A program made the translations under genes and the position numbers. Under the pieces are notes generated by a model. That model saw nothing but the letters and a program-made list of their open reading frames with translations, had not been told where the DNA came from and did not search any database. Positions 31,211-41,578 of a stretch of 64,000 nucleotides of DNA are shown piece after piece (the stretch's first letter is position 1; each line of letters begins with the position of its first letter). This stretch comes from a virus. The stretch lies in IMG/VR virus record IMGVR_UViG_3300032116_000064, positions 37,538 to 101,537 of that record. One strand, 5' to 3'.

Positions 31211-34200
31211 ATGACTAGAACAGAACTAACATCTGGTATTTATGGTAATCCTAACCCAGTTCCTATACCATACGCTGGTATTGTAAATAATGGTCAAATT
31301 TCTTCTATAATACCAGCTAGTGGATTTTATGGCACATCTTGGCCTAGTAAAAGTGGTAGTGTCATACCGCAAGGTTTAGGTGGTGGAGGTTGGACGTTAG
31401 ATGCAACTACACCAAAGACTTATGATAGAGGCTATCCGCAGCAAACATTCTTAGGAGCTTCCATAAGAAATTTCAGCATGAATGGTGGATTTGGAGACAG
31501 TAGCTCATCTCTTTCTGTTGACCTAGTAGTTGATGAATATAACAAGTCTGACAACACCGCTCAAGGACAAGGAGATGATGTTTATCATAGTGGAAATGGT
31601 GATGGGTTTGTTCCTCCAATGGCTGGAAGCCCCGTATTTTTTAAATTTGGATCTAACTTTGCAACTGTAGAAGAAGCTTACGTGTACACTTTTGATACTA
31701 TATATAATACTAATACATTAGAGGCAGTTACTATTACTGCAAATGGATCATTTAACAAAGATAGTTTTAGATCTTTGGCTGCAAATCAATATGTTAATTT
31801 AGAAAATAATACAATATATGATTTTAATAATGCAGTAACTAGTCCCGGCAGAGGTTCTGGTCATATAGTCTTTGGTGGTATATTACAATCTTATGTTCAA
31901 AACCGTGGTCCCGGTGGAAATCCATTGTATTCTGTACAAGTTACTGACCCCAGAGAAATTTTATCTAATGTCGTGGTAGTCTTGAATAATTATGCTGGAA
32001 GTACATTCAATACTAAAAACATATTTAATGTTTATGGATTTTTAGAGCATAATTTTTCTACAGAACTTTCTGGACAATTAAACTCAGCTTTTGGTGGGTT
32101 TAATTTGTTAAAAAAATATGTAAATCCAACTAATGGTTATGTCACATATAGCGGATCGATTAGCGCAAGTGATCCAATGGATTCTTGGATTGGTCAAAGC
32201 GAAGGATTATTTCCGGCGTTTGGATCTTCTAAGCCGTCCTTTCCATATACTGGAACTGGTATGTCCAGAAGAGGACCGCAAGGTATGCCCTTCTACAGAT
32301 TAGTACAGGGAATGAATGCTTTAATGTCATTAGAATATACTTTGCCTCAAGAATATATCAATAAGGGATATGGCGGTCTTATCAATTTTAGAGGATATAA
32401 CTATGTTGTTGATTTCAGCGGACTTCCCACATTGCCTACAATGTACTATTTAGATTTTGATCAAATCAATTTATTAGATTTAGCCTTAGAAGTATGCGAT
32501 GTAGCTAGTAGAGATTTATTTGTTTCTTTGCTTCCGGTTATAAATCATCCAGCTTGTCAATATATATATAACAATCAAAGTTCGGATCCAAACAAATTAA
32601 TTGCTGGTATCATCAGATTGTCTAGCATAGACCGATCATCTCCTCCTGTATATGGTGCTATTAAAAATTATATAGATAGTCTGTCTGGTGTTGGTATTTT
32701 AGTTGAAAATCAAGATGTTGGATATGAATTGTCCAATGTAACAACTGACAAATTTGTAGTTGGTGCGCAAGAAGTTGATATGTATTGTTTTTCTACCAAT
32801 ACAGATAGAGGTATGGCAAATGCAAGAAGCAAACGTAGCGGCGGTGAGGGCGACGATGCCGATTGGAAACAATGGACACTTGAAAAACAGGTCGAACAAC
32901 AAGTTTTGCCGTATTATGGTATGCTTGGACAAAATGCAATTAGTATACCAAAGGGCTGGGGATCATACCAACAAATACTATTAGATACTACTGGATTAAA
33001 TGTAAAAGGGGTTGGTGCATATTATGTTGCTACAGAGATGGAATTACGATGCGCGTCAGTATCTTATGAGTGTTGGAAAAATTTTCTACAACAATATAAT
33101 GATACGTATTTAGAATCTATAGAAGATGGTGATACATTTGAGGGTGCTGCCCTTAGTCAAACTCCAAATTTTGGAGGTGTTCCCGCTCGACCAATAGCCA
33201 GTAACTATGCAGTTACTGTTCCTCGTTCTGTTTTTGATACATATGCTCCAAGTGGATTGCGATTTGGATCTGATGGTTTACCATCTAGCTCCTGCAATCC
33301 GCCATATGGATATCCATTATATTATAAACGAATGACAAAACTTGGAATACCAGAGGGTGGGTTAACCAAGCTACAATCTAGAATAACAGGCATGATAACA
33401 GGTGCCGCTTCTATTAGAGGTGCGGATGCTGATACTTGGGATGATGTTAGAAATACACAATTAGCAGAACTAGAACAAATAAATTACGGCGAACTATCTC
33501 AACAAGAAAAAACATATTATGATGCTATTAAAAATGCATTAAATCAAACTCCTCCCAACTTAGATTTACTCAATAATGTGGAAGATGGACTACATAGGAT
33601 CGGAGCGGTTTTGCCACGTTTAGCTAAAAAGGGTACAGAAAATGCTTTAAAAGTTTATGAATTTATTAAAAAAGTAGCGGATGATAACTTAGGTAAAAAA
33701 TTCTTAGTGAAAATTCCTAGCAAAGTCAATTTACATTATGAAGACTCTATAGCATGGAATGGTAACGCAGCCGGTGGAGAATATGCAACTGGACCATTTG
33801 GATTCAAACCTAGACCAGTAACTTCTGGTATTAATGAAGAATTTTCTGAAGCATTTAAAGAAATTGTCAGAGGAGATAGACGAGGATCCATGAATTCTTT
33901 TCTGACCAGTGGAATTGATGACAATCAAAACAAATACGTTGGAGCATTAAGAGTAAATTTTAATCCCGTTGCTGATAAATATGAATTTAATTATACTCCA
34001 ACCAATTTAGGCGGTTACTTTCCATTTGATCTTTATACAAATACTTTGAGTGTTGCTCAATTACAATCCTTACCAGACTCTGTTGTACCAAAAGCTGTAT
34101 ATCAATTGTTAATTCCACAAGATGCTACTAATTTTTTGGATGAAAATGGTAGATTATCGGCATATGTTAGATTTGATCATAGTCAACACTTAGCAGTAAA

Positions 34201-35929
34201 TTCTATGAATGCTGAAGATTTTACTCAGCAACTTATTACACCAAGAGGTATGGTTCCAGATCTTTGTGAATTTTTAGAAAATACAGGTGAAGATCGATGG
34301 GAGTCATTCGCTACTGCCGATGCAGACCGAAGAGATAACGATCCTTCAGCAAGCAAACAATGTTTATTTGTAAAATGTACTGTTGAAGAAAAATTATACA
34401 TGGCACCAAAATTAATAAATAGGGACATAGCAGTTTTTGGTAATGCTCCTACATCAAGAAGTAAGGTTTCTAGACCGCGAAAAATTTTCATTCCATGTTC
34501 TGGATGGAAGGCTGGATCTTCTAGAACTAGTGTATCTGATTTAATTCCCGGTACTGGATGTTATGTAGATAGTTTTAGATTTATTGAATATAATTATTCT
34601 CCCACAACAAGTCAAGATGGTACTGCAAATAGGCTAGATTATGATAGACCTTTTTCTCAAGAATTAGAAAGTCATATAGTAAACACTAGATTACAAGATT
34701 TAGATACTAGATTTGTATATGCATTGATTACTTTACCAAGTAAAGTATCTGCTACCAAAGATGCAAGGTTCAGGGATGCTATTAATCAAGAGGGAGATAC
34801 TAAGAGTATCAAGCATTATCTTACTATCGACGTTGTAAAGGGATTACCAGAGTTTTCTAGTCTTGCATATGCAAGTGAGGCTGGTCAAAGTAACGCATTA
34901 AATTTACCAGTTTTTTCATCAGAGGTTAGTAGTCGGGCATGGTTAGCAGCAAAAAAAGCAAAATATGCTATGCAATTTGGTTTTCCTTATCAAATACAAA
35001 TGGCATCACCATCTCCTGTATATCCAGACTTAGTAGTACTACCATTAATGTCTAACGAAAGATGTTATGGCCCATGGATATCTTCTCAAGTAGACCCTCA
35101 AGGAAATGCATACGTAAATGTTGGAGGTAGAGTAGAATTTATTAAAGATGAAAATCTAGCTCCTTGGAATTATGCTGGATATGAATTGATGAATAGTGCT
35201 GGTGTGCTGCAAGCTCAATTTTCAAATAGTTTATTGTTGTTCTCTGAGCGAGGTGGTTTTACTTTCCCAGGAATTCCAGATAGGTCACTTTGTCAGGCAT
35301 TAGAAGATGGTGGCCCACTTGTTACAAATATATCTGTAGATGTATCTGAGGCTGGACTAAGAACAACTTATAAGTTGGATCTATATACTGCAAGTTTTGG
35401 AAAATTACAAAAACAAAAACAAGATATGATTTCTAAAATTAGTAGAGAGCGTCAAAGATTAAGAGATGAAAGAAACTCACTGATTAGAAAAGGTCTTGGT
35501 AAATCTCAGTCTAGCGTTAATACTATTGGAGCAATTAACCTATTTGGTAATAATGGAACACCGGTAAGAATGCCAGAAATGAATAATTACATAGTGGCTT
35601 CTGTTAATGAATATGAAAGTCAGTCATATTCTTCTGTGCTTGGCGGTGGAAATTTTGGAAGTAATTTTGGTGATAGTCCAAATAGTCAATCAGTTAATGT
35701 TGTTGATCACTCACTAGCTGTTGGACCTACGTCTGAATCTGCTTTGTTAGACTCCATTAATCATTTTGCTGGCGAGAAGGGAAATCTTCTTTATAATAAC
35801 AGATCATACAAAACTGGCGGGGCATCATTCTCTGAAGTATTTAGTCCATATTCACAAGAATTCAATCCTAATATGCCAAATACTTTAAACATCAATCAAG
35901 AAGCAAGAAAAGAATTCTACAATACTTGA
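31211..35929 (+). CDS. Large tail-tip/hub protein
   Basis: Start reassigned to the ATG at 31211, just after the upstream stop; hub-like motifs (FGGILQSY..YSVQVTDPREIL; VTNISVDVSEAGLRTTY) followed by a short coiled coil. Confidence 0.55.
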   Translation: MTRTELTSGIYGNPNPVPIPYAGIVNNGQISSIIPASGFYGTSWPSKSGSVIPQGLGGGGWTLDATTPKTYDRGYPQQTFLGASIRNFSMNGGFGDSSSSLSVDLVVDEYNKSDNTAQGQGDDVYHSGNGDGFVPPMAGSPVFFKFGSNFATVEEAYVYTFDTIYNTNTLEAVTITANGSFNKDSFRSLAANQYVNLENNTIYDFNNAVTSPGRGSGHIVFGGILQSYVQNRGPGGNPLYSVQVTDPREILSNVVVVLNNYAGSTFNTKNIFNVYGFLEHNFSTELSGQLNSAFGGFNLLKKYVNPTNGYVTYSGSISASDPMDSWIGQSEGLFPAFGSSKPSFPYTGTGMSRRGPQGMPFYRLVQGMNALMSLEYTLPQEYINKGYGGLINFRGYNYVVDFSGLPTLPTMYYLDFDQINLLDLALEVCDVASRDLFVSLLPVINHPACQYIYNNQSSDPNKLIAGIIRLSSIDRSSPPVYGAIKNYIDSLSGVGILVENQDVGYELSNVTTDKFVVGAQEVDMYCFSTNTDRGMANARSKRSGGEGDDADWKQWTLEKQVEQQVLPYYGMLGQNAISIPKGWGSYQQILLDTTGLNVKGVGAYYVATEMELRCASVSYECWKNFLQQYNDTYLESIEDGDTFEGAALSQTPNFGGVPARPIASNYAVTVPRSVFDTYAPSGLRFGSDGLPSSSCNPPYGYPLYYKRMTKLGIPEGGLTKLQSRITGMITGAASIRGADADTWDDVRNTQLAELEQINYGELSQQEKTYYDAIKNALNQTPPNLDLLNNVEDGLHRIGAVLPRLAKKGTENALKVYEFIKKVADDNLGKKFLVKIPSKVNLHYEDSIAWNGNAAGGEYATGPFGFKPRPVTSGINEEFSEAFKEIVRGDRRGSMNSFLTSGIDDNQNKYVGALRVNFNPVADKYEFNYTPTNLGGYFPFDLYTNTLSVAQLQSLPDSVVPKAVYQLLIPQDATNFLDENGRLSAYVRFDHSQHLAVNSMNAEDFTQQLITPRGMVPDLCEFLENTGEDRWESFATADADRRDNDPSASKQCLFVKCTVEEKLYMAPKLINRDIAVFGNAPTSRSKVSRPRKIFIPCSGWKAGSSRTSVSDLIPGTGCYVDSFRFIEYNYSPTTSQDGTANRLDYDRPFSQELESHIVNTRLQDLDTRFVYALITLPSKVSATKDARFRDAINQEGDTKSIKHYLTIDVVKGLPEFSSLAYASEAGQSNALNLPVFSSEVSSRAWLAAKKAKYAMQFGFPYQIQMASPSPVYPDLVVLPLMSNERCYGPWISSQVDPQGNAYVNVGGRVEFIKDENLAPWNYAGYELMNSAGVLQAQFSNSLLLFSERGGFTFPGIPDRSLCQALEDGGPLVTNISVDVSEAGLRTTYKLDLYTASFGKLQKQKQDMISKISRERQRLRDERNSLIRKGLGKSQSSVNTIGAINLFGNNGTPVRMPEMNNYIVASVNEYESQSYSSVLGGGNFGSNFGDSPNSQSVNVVDHSLAVGPTSESALLDSINHFAGEKGNLLYNNRSYKTGGASFSEVFSPYSQEFNPNMPNTLNINQEARKEFYNT

Positions 35930-35942
35930 TAAGGAAAAACAA

Positions 35943-38900
35943 ATGACAGAATTTTTTAACTCACGTTCTGGATCTAGCGTAAGAAATTATCATTACTATG
36001 TTACATCTGATAAAAAATTGCATGACATAGGATTAGCTTCATACACTAGAAATAGTATAGAAAAATTTGGGAAAAGACGCAAGAACGGGAGAGAAGAAAA
36101 TGATCCAGATATTAGTGAGTATTTGAGCGGCGGGTTGGATAGCATCAAGCCAAAGCTCATTGGGGATAGTGCCACATTAATAATATATAGATTTGAAAAA
36201 GATACCAAGCGATATTTATATACTACTAATTCTGGTTCAGATGAAGACAATATTTTTTGGACTCCTAGCGGATCAAACGGAACGGGTGGAGGAACAGTAT
36301 ACAATACTTTACAATTATTTCAAGAAAAATTTGATTTATTTCAAAAGGGCTGGATAAAAGATGATGGCAGTTTAGAAGCATACAATATAAAATACATATG
36401 GTCTAAAATTAATAACAGTTTATCTGGATGTATAAATTTTGATGTTAATGGGTATTCTATTTTAACGACAGCTTCAAGTGGTGTAGTAAGTTTATTTTTA
36501 CAGTCTAAGGGTGATGGCAATAACAGGAGTTTAGCGTTTCAGCCGCCAGTTGTTGCTGGTGTAGGGATGACAGCAACTGGAAGACAACACGCTTTTAATT
36601 TAAGTGAAAATCTTGGACCGGGAGCTTTTTCTGCCCCAGATGTTGGTGGAATAAAAAATCCTAATAATACTGTTGCTGGTCCATTAAGGATGCATTTTAA
36701 CAGAGGCACTGGAGAGTGGGAGTCAGGAACTACTCAAACATATTGTAAACTTTTAGATGACCTTCCCGGTGTATCGTTAGCCGATTTACCTTTGAATGTT
36801 GACAATGTTGACAACGAATCATTAAAAACTCCATTTAATAGCGGCATTGCTATGGTTATGAGTACAGAAAAAGGAAATCCACACTTATGTGTTCCGTGTT
36901 CAATGGGGTGCAATACATCTGAAAAAGAAAAAATTATTCTTGTTAATAGAAGTCCACGATCTTATGTTAAAGGTGAAATTTGCTTGGCCAGCCAGATAAA
37001 CGGAGATTGGGTGCCAGTTCCACTTACAAATGGATCATCTGTTGCTAAAAAGTTAACTATAGAATGGTCACAAATACAAAAATATATAGTAAATGCAAAG
37101 GGATTTTTTAGAAACTACAATGATACTAGATTTCTTGAGCCATCTAACTATCAAGACCATGTTCGTAGTCGATTTTACGATAGTCTACCGAGTACATCTT
37201 TTACTGATAATGTAGCTAATAATGATTTAGGTAGATTGAGACTATTGAATTTATATTACACTGGCGATTCAGATAAAATTGAATACAGTCTGAATAGCAA
37301 TGGATCAATAAATATGGGTGGAATAAATGACTCAGCAATTAATAATTTCACTTCCTACTCTTTAAATAATTTTCCTAGTTTAAATTATATGCAATTTTAT
37401 GATGCTGATATAATTACTAAAGACTTAGGAGGCAATAATGCTGGTCCAAATAGATTATTAAATACTGTTATCAAAAGAACTGAAATATATGATGCAGATA
37501 CTGGAGTAGCAGCAAATAGTGTTCCTGTAAGCTGGGGTATGTATTTTCCTAACGGATATGCATCTGCCGGTGTTACAAGAACCAGAGATATCAAATCAGC
37601 AACATCAGCTAATCCTAGTATGAAGATATATGATCCCGGCAGTCTCAATTTTAATCAATATACAAATACAGTTCAAGTAGGAAAGTTTAATTTAAAAGAT
37701 GTATATTTTTATCATATGCCAGCACAAATCGCACTAAATTCTTCTCGTAATCAAACATTACAAATGTCAAAGTTAGTATTGGCTATGATTCCCAAATCTA
37801 CTTATTGTGACAGTTTAATTAAATACATGATGGATCCAATAAAGGGAGATTGGATCAAAGCATCTGGAGGGAAAGATGTATACGCTTTATCTCCAACTGA
37901 TTCTACTAATCTACAGTTTACTCCACTCTCAGTAGAATTAGCTTTGTCTGATACCTACATAAAGAATGAAGGTCTTGGATCACAAAGAGCCATAAACGGT
38001 GGATATTCCAACTTAGCAGCAAACTTGACTGTTATAGGTGCTAACAAAGCTGGATTTAGTGCAGATGCTGGTTTTTTTGGTAAAGCATGGACTAGAATGG
38101 AATTAACATCAAGGCCACAGCTTGAGGCTGATGGATCAGTAGAAGGTAGAATATCTTTTTGTAATAGGTTGTCAAATGGGGTTGATTTTTCTACTATTGG
38201 TCCACCAGTTAGAGCCGACACTCCAGACGGTGGTCCAGAGTTACTACCAAATGCTAGTACTAATGAAAGCTCTAATGTAATGGGAATAATTGGTACTAAA
38301 GGTACATTCTCATTGCCAAATGGAGGAGCGATAGAGCTAAAAACTTCTAATATGCTCGGCATGTTAGCATATAGTAAAACTAATATAGCTGGTGGAGGAT
38401 TTTCTAGCTTTTTTACTGGATTGTCATTATTTATTCAAGATTTAGGTGGTCAAAATCGAACTTTTGATATTGTTCAGTGGGGTGGTAGTTTAGGAACAGA
38501 CCAAATTAAAGAGTTAGGGTCTACTGCTCTATGGTGCGCTGTATATGATCATTGTCCTGACACTATATATGATAGTAGATATTTTACGCCCATGCAGTTT
38601 AATGCTTCTGGTACATCTGTAGATTTTGAAGAGGTTACTTTGTCACCCGGAACGCCGGTTCAAACTCAAAAAACTATACCAACACGTAAGAACAAAATTC
38701 GTAGAAATATGTTACTTACTAATGGCGGTTTTACATATATTAAGAAAGTTATTGGAGCTAGTCCAACTTCTATTGTAATTGAAAGTGGTGGTACTGGTTA
38801 TAAAGAAAATGATCCAGTCACTTTTTCAATAGGTACAAAACCAGCAAAATTTATTATTTCTGAAATAAGTGGCAATGGAGGAATAACAGGGTTGACTCTT

Positions 38901-39311
38901 GACGAGGAGAATGAGGGGATTGAGGCTTACGGAGAAACCTCAAATAATGGAACTAGTAATCCATTTTTTAGTGGACCAATTCCAGCTACATTACCATCTA
39001 CTGGTGGTATTCCTGCTATTATCAAATTAAACAGCGGAAAAGTAATAGAAAAATTGGTTACAGATAAAATAGGATTTTATGGTGCCAAAAAAATTACTCC
39101 AGAAGATAATAATGGAGAAGGAAATAATCGTGGTTTCGTTACTGGCACTAAAACAACAACTTTTTCATTAAGCAAAAATGATACTGGAAAATATGATATT
39201 TTTCTATTTTTTGCCAATGATATATTGAATTATCCAGAGGCTGGAGTTACATGGGAAGGGTACTCTGTGCCACCAGCAAGATATGTTAACTTAGAAATAA
39301 CGTCAATCTAA
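35943..39311 (+). CDS. Putative tail spike/fibre protein
   Basis: 1122 aa, G/N/S-rich, IESGGTGY motif near the C-terminus, follows the hub gene; AAGGA RBS. Confidence 0.5.
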   Translation: MTEFFNSRSGSSVRNYHYYVTSDKKLHDIGLASYTRNSIEKFGKRRKNGREENDPDISEYLSGGLDSIKPKLIGDSATLIIYRFEKDTKRYLYTTNSGSDEDNIFWTPSGSNGTGGGTVYNTLQLFQEKFDLFQKGWIKDDGSLEAYNIKYIWSKINNSLSGCINFDVNGYSILTTASSGVVSLFLQSKGDGNNRSLAFQPPVVAGVGMTATGRQHAFNLSENLGPGAFSAPDVGGIKNPNNTVAGPLRMHFNRGTGEWESGTTQTYCKLLDDLPGVSLADLPLNVDNVDNESLKTPFNSGIAMVMSTEKGNPHLCVPCSMGCNTSEKEKIILVNRSPRSYVKGEICLASQINGDWVPVPLTNGSSVAKKLTIEWSQIQKYIVNAKGFFRNYNDTRFLEPSNYQDHVRSRFYDSLPSTSFTDNVANNDLGRLRLLNLYYTGDSDKIEYSLNSNGSINMGGINDSAINNFTSYSLNNFPSLNYMQFYDADIITKDLGGNNAGPNRLLNTVIKRTEIYDADTGVAANSVPVSWGMYFPNGYASAGVTRTRDIKSATSANPSMKIYDPGSLNFNQYTNTVQVGKFNLKDVYFYHMPAQIALNSSRNQTLQMSKLVLAMIPKSTYCDSLIKYMMDPIKGDWIKASGGKDVYALSPTDSTNLQFTPLSVELALSDTYIKNEGLGSQRAINGGYSNLAANLTVIGANKAGFSADAGFFGKAWTRMELTSRPQLEADGSVEGRISFCNRLSNGVDFSTIGPPVRADTPDGGPELLPNASTNESSNVMGIIGTKGTFSLPNGGAIELKTSNMLGMLAYSKTNIAGGGFSSFFTGLSLFIQDLGGQNRTFDIVQWGGSLGTDQIKELGSTALWCAVYDHCPDTIYDSRYFTPMQFNASGTSVDFEEVTLSPGTPVQTQKTIPTRKNKIRRNMLLTNGGFTYIKKVIGASPTSIVIESGGTGYKENDPVTFSIGTKPAKFIISEISGNGGITGLTLDEENEGIEAYGETSNNGTSNPFFSGPIPATLPSTGGIPAIIKLNSGKVIEKLVTDKIGFYGAKKITPEDNNGEGNNRGFVTGTKTTTFSLSKNDTGKYDIFLFFANDILNYPEAGVTWEGYSVPPARYVNLEITSI

Positions 39312-39316
39312 TAAAA

Positions 39317-39332
39317 GTGTATATTACAATAT
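39317..39332 (+). promoter_or_regulatory. Putative late promoter (GTGTATA-N6-TAT variant)
   Basis: Intergenic, 41 nt upstream of the ATG at 39358. Confidence 0.55.
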
Positions 39333-39357
39333 AACCCACAAATATAGGGAGAATTCT

Positions 39358-40089
39358 ATGGCTGAAATCAAATTTTATGGTAATTTCTTGTCTGCCGGTG
39401 GAGATAATTTAATTAGGCACGATTTAGGATCCGGTATAGGATTCTACGGGTTGGATTTTGGTGTTTCAGTTCCAGTAGGTTCCCAGCAGAGTACCACATG
39501 GATTACTAATGCTGATGGTACAAATTCGGGGCCAAGATTAAATAATACCGCTAAAGTCGCCAGTGGAGTCAATAATTCCAGCAAAGGTACAGTCAGCGTA
39601 AATAGTGCCACCCCTATAGATCTAGATAAATTATCTAATTACCTTTGCCCACTCAATGTAAGATTTACTCATAGCACACCTGTTCGTGTTCAAAATGGTA
39701 AATTAAGAATCTTTGCAAGGGATCATGGTATTGATAAGCCAGCAAGCGGAGTTACAACTTGGGTATACGAAGCCCGTAAGCCTTCTTCTGATCCTTCTAA
39801 GGCTAGCTTGGCTTTAAGGGGTGTTTCTGATTTTGTATGGAAAGAATTTTCTCCGGGTCCAGCTGGCAGTCCAGCTGCTCAGACTGATTTGGCACTTACA
39901 CCTTCTCCCGGCATGAGCGGATTAAATACTAGCACTACTGATAGCGATTCAGCCCTTGGGTATACTTCTCAAAGTGGTATTGCTCATCAATCTATGCAAC
40001 ACGATTGGTATATTGCTCTTAGTTCGGAACCAGAAGCAATTGGAAGCAAAACTAATTATGGACTATACTACACCGTAGAATACCTATGA
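39358..40089 (+). CDS. Putative abundant virion protein
   Basis: 243 aa, GGGGAGA RBS, own promoter motif, S/G/T-rich. Confidence 0.55.
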   Translation: MAEIKFYGNFLSAGGDNLIRHDLGSGIGFYGLDFGVSVPVGSQQSTTWITNADGTNSGPRLNNTAKVASGVNNSSKGTVSVNSATPIDLDKLSNYLCPLNVRFTHSTPVRVQNGKLRIFARDHGIDKPASGVTTWVYEARKPSSDPSKASLALRGVSDFVWKEFSPGPAGSPAAQTDLALTPSPGMSGLNTSTTDSDSALGYTSQSGIAHQSMQHDWYIALSSEPEAIGSKTNYGLYYTVEYL

Positions 40090-40181
40090 AAGATCCAATA
40101 AATAAATTCCTGTTTTTTATAAGCTCATTAGGAATGCTATTGGGATCTTTTATAACTTGGTTTTTCTTATATATGAAATAA
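40086..40181 (+). CDS. 31-aa single-pass membrane peptide (not in the ORF track)
   Basis: ATGA overlap with the 39358 gene; MKDPINKFLFFISSLGMLLGSFITWFFLYMK; its stop abuts the terminator. Confidence 0.55.
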   Translation: MKDPINKFLFFISSLGMLLGSFITWFFLYMK

Positions 40182-40203
40182 AGGGGCGGTTTCCCGCCCC
40201 CTT
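40176..40203. terminator. Intrinsic terminator at the convergence of the two transcription blocks
   Basis: Stem GGGGCGG (40183-40189), loop TTTC, stem CCGCCCC (40194-40200); TTTATTT follows on the minus strand, weaker tail on the plus strand. Confidence 0.8.
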
Positions 40204-40209
40204 AAATTC

Positions 40210-40494
40210 TTAGTAATTCCAGCACCTATGTCGATGTTGTATGACCGGCATAGGTGTTGTTGTATAGTAAGGATAGCCCCAATAAATTCTTTGATCAATA
40301 ATTGGTTGAGGATAAACTACCACTGGCACAGGAACAGTTACAAATACTTGTGGTGCTTGATATACCATAGTTTGTGTAATTATTACTGGCTGTTGAACAA
40401 TAATCTGTTGAGGTTGAGGAACTAAATAAATCTGATTAGCATATCCATCCTTGGATAATGCTATCAGCATAAATAGTACTGCTAAATATTTCAT
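40210..40494 (-). CDS. Small secreted Pro/Val/Gln/Tyr-rich protein
   Basis: Start reassigned to the ATG at 40494 (ATGA overlap); signal-peptide-like MKYLAVLFMLIALSKDGYA followed by low-complexity sequence. Confidence 0.6.
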   Translation of the reverse strand: MKYLAVLFMLIALSKDGYANQIYLVPQPQQIIVQQPVIITQTMVYQAPQVFVTVPVPVVVYPQPIIDQRIYWGYPYYTTTPMPVIQHRHRCWNY

Positions 40495-40826
40495 TCGGGC
40501 TTCTCCGTCTTTGGATTCCATTTGACCCAACCGTTATCGGGTAGCCAGTTACCTTCGTTATCCTTACGCTTTGGGAATAACCCGCCACCCTTCTTGTGGA
40601 CACCAAATGATAGTCTAGCACCGCACTTCATACAACGAAGTTCGTAATACTGGTTATCATCAACGGTACGCACCACAAATCGAATATCATCAGATCCACA
40701 CTTACTGCATGTGGTTTCTTCAAATACTTCTTGAAATCTACTTAGTTCATTAAATAGATCCTTCTGTGATTCGCCCTCTATTTCTGCTTGTAGTCTGCCA
40801 TTCTTTGTTGTATATAGAATCTTCAT
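40491..40826 (-). CDS. Zinc-ribbon protein
   Basis: CSKC...CMKC; ATGA-coupled to both neighbours. Confidence 0.7.
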   Translation of the reverse strand: MKILYTTKNGRLQAEIEGESQKDLFNELSRFQEVFEETTCSKCGSDDIRFVVRTVDDNQYYELRCMKCGARLSFGVHKKGGGLFPKRKDNEGNWLPDNGWVKWNPKTEKPE

Positions 40827-41578
40827 TTACGCCACTCCTGTTTATAGCCTATAATATCTTGTGGAATTGAACTCTTATCACGCTGATAATCGTTTAGTGA
40901 ATCAATGATCTCACTAGCGATCTTTTTAGAAACCTTTTTTCCGCTATCCACATTAAAACGTGCGAATAGCTTCTCTCCATCGATATTGAGTTGCTTACAC
41001 TTTACATCAATAAAGTTGTATTGTGCATCACTCATTCTACTCTGATCGTCATACTCTCCTTCGCTTGCTGCTTTATTGTTAGATATTTCTCTAACAATCT
41101 TGGCAGTATCCTTCTTGGTTAATTCTTCTGCGGCAACACCCTTGATTTTAAGAGCCTTACGCAATGCTCTGGCTTCTGCTCTTGTGCTAGCAATAGCAAC
41201 GGCATAAGCACAAAAGTTATCGTCTGTATTACCTTCCCATGAATCTGCAACTTCTGCATATCTAACACCATTAGCAAACTCTACGCTAAATATAACCGTA
41301 GCTCTGCCGTGATGATCATCACGCTGTACTGGAAAGACCTGCGTTGGTCCGCTATAAACAATCTGCCCCAGTATAAGCTCTGCTACACGCCTAAGACCAG
41401 CTACTAGAGGGTGGCCGTCTACAAGTTCCGATGGATGAAACAGTGTCATCGCATAATCGTGCCATTCTGGTGAAAGCATCGATGGTGCATCTGTCACAAC
41501 AATGTCCTTTACTGAGGTATTTGTATTACTAGGTGTAGCGAGTTCTACTTCTTCAAAAATTGCTGCTATATCACTCAT
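40823..41578 (-). CDS. Putative Rad52-superfamily ssDNA annealing protein
   Basis: AIASTRAEARALRKAL helix after beta strands, plus a C-terminal MSDAQ...ASEIIDSL module. Confidence 0.5.
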   Translation of the reverse strand: MSDIAAIFEEVELATPSNTNTSVKDIVVTDAPSMLSPEWHDYAMTLFHPSELVDGHPLVAGLRRVAELILGQIVYSGPTQVFPVQRDDHHGRATVIFSVEFANGVRYAEVADSWEGNTDDNFCAYAVAIASTRAEARALRKALKIKGVAAEELTKKDTAKIVREISNNKAASEGEYDDQSRMSDAQYNFIDVKCKQLNIDGEKLFARFNVDSGKKVSKKIASEIIDSLNDYQRDKSSIPQDIIGYKQEWRK

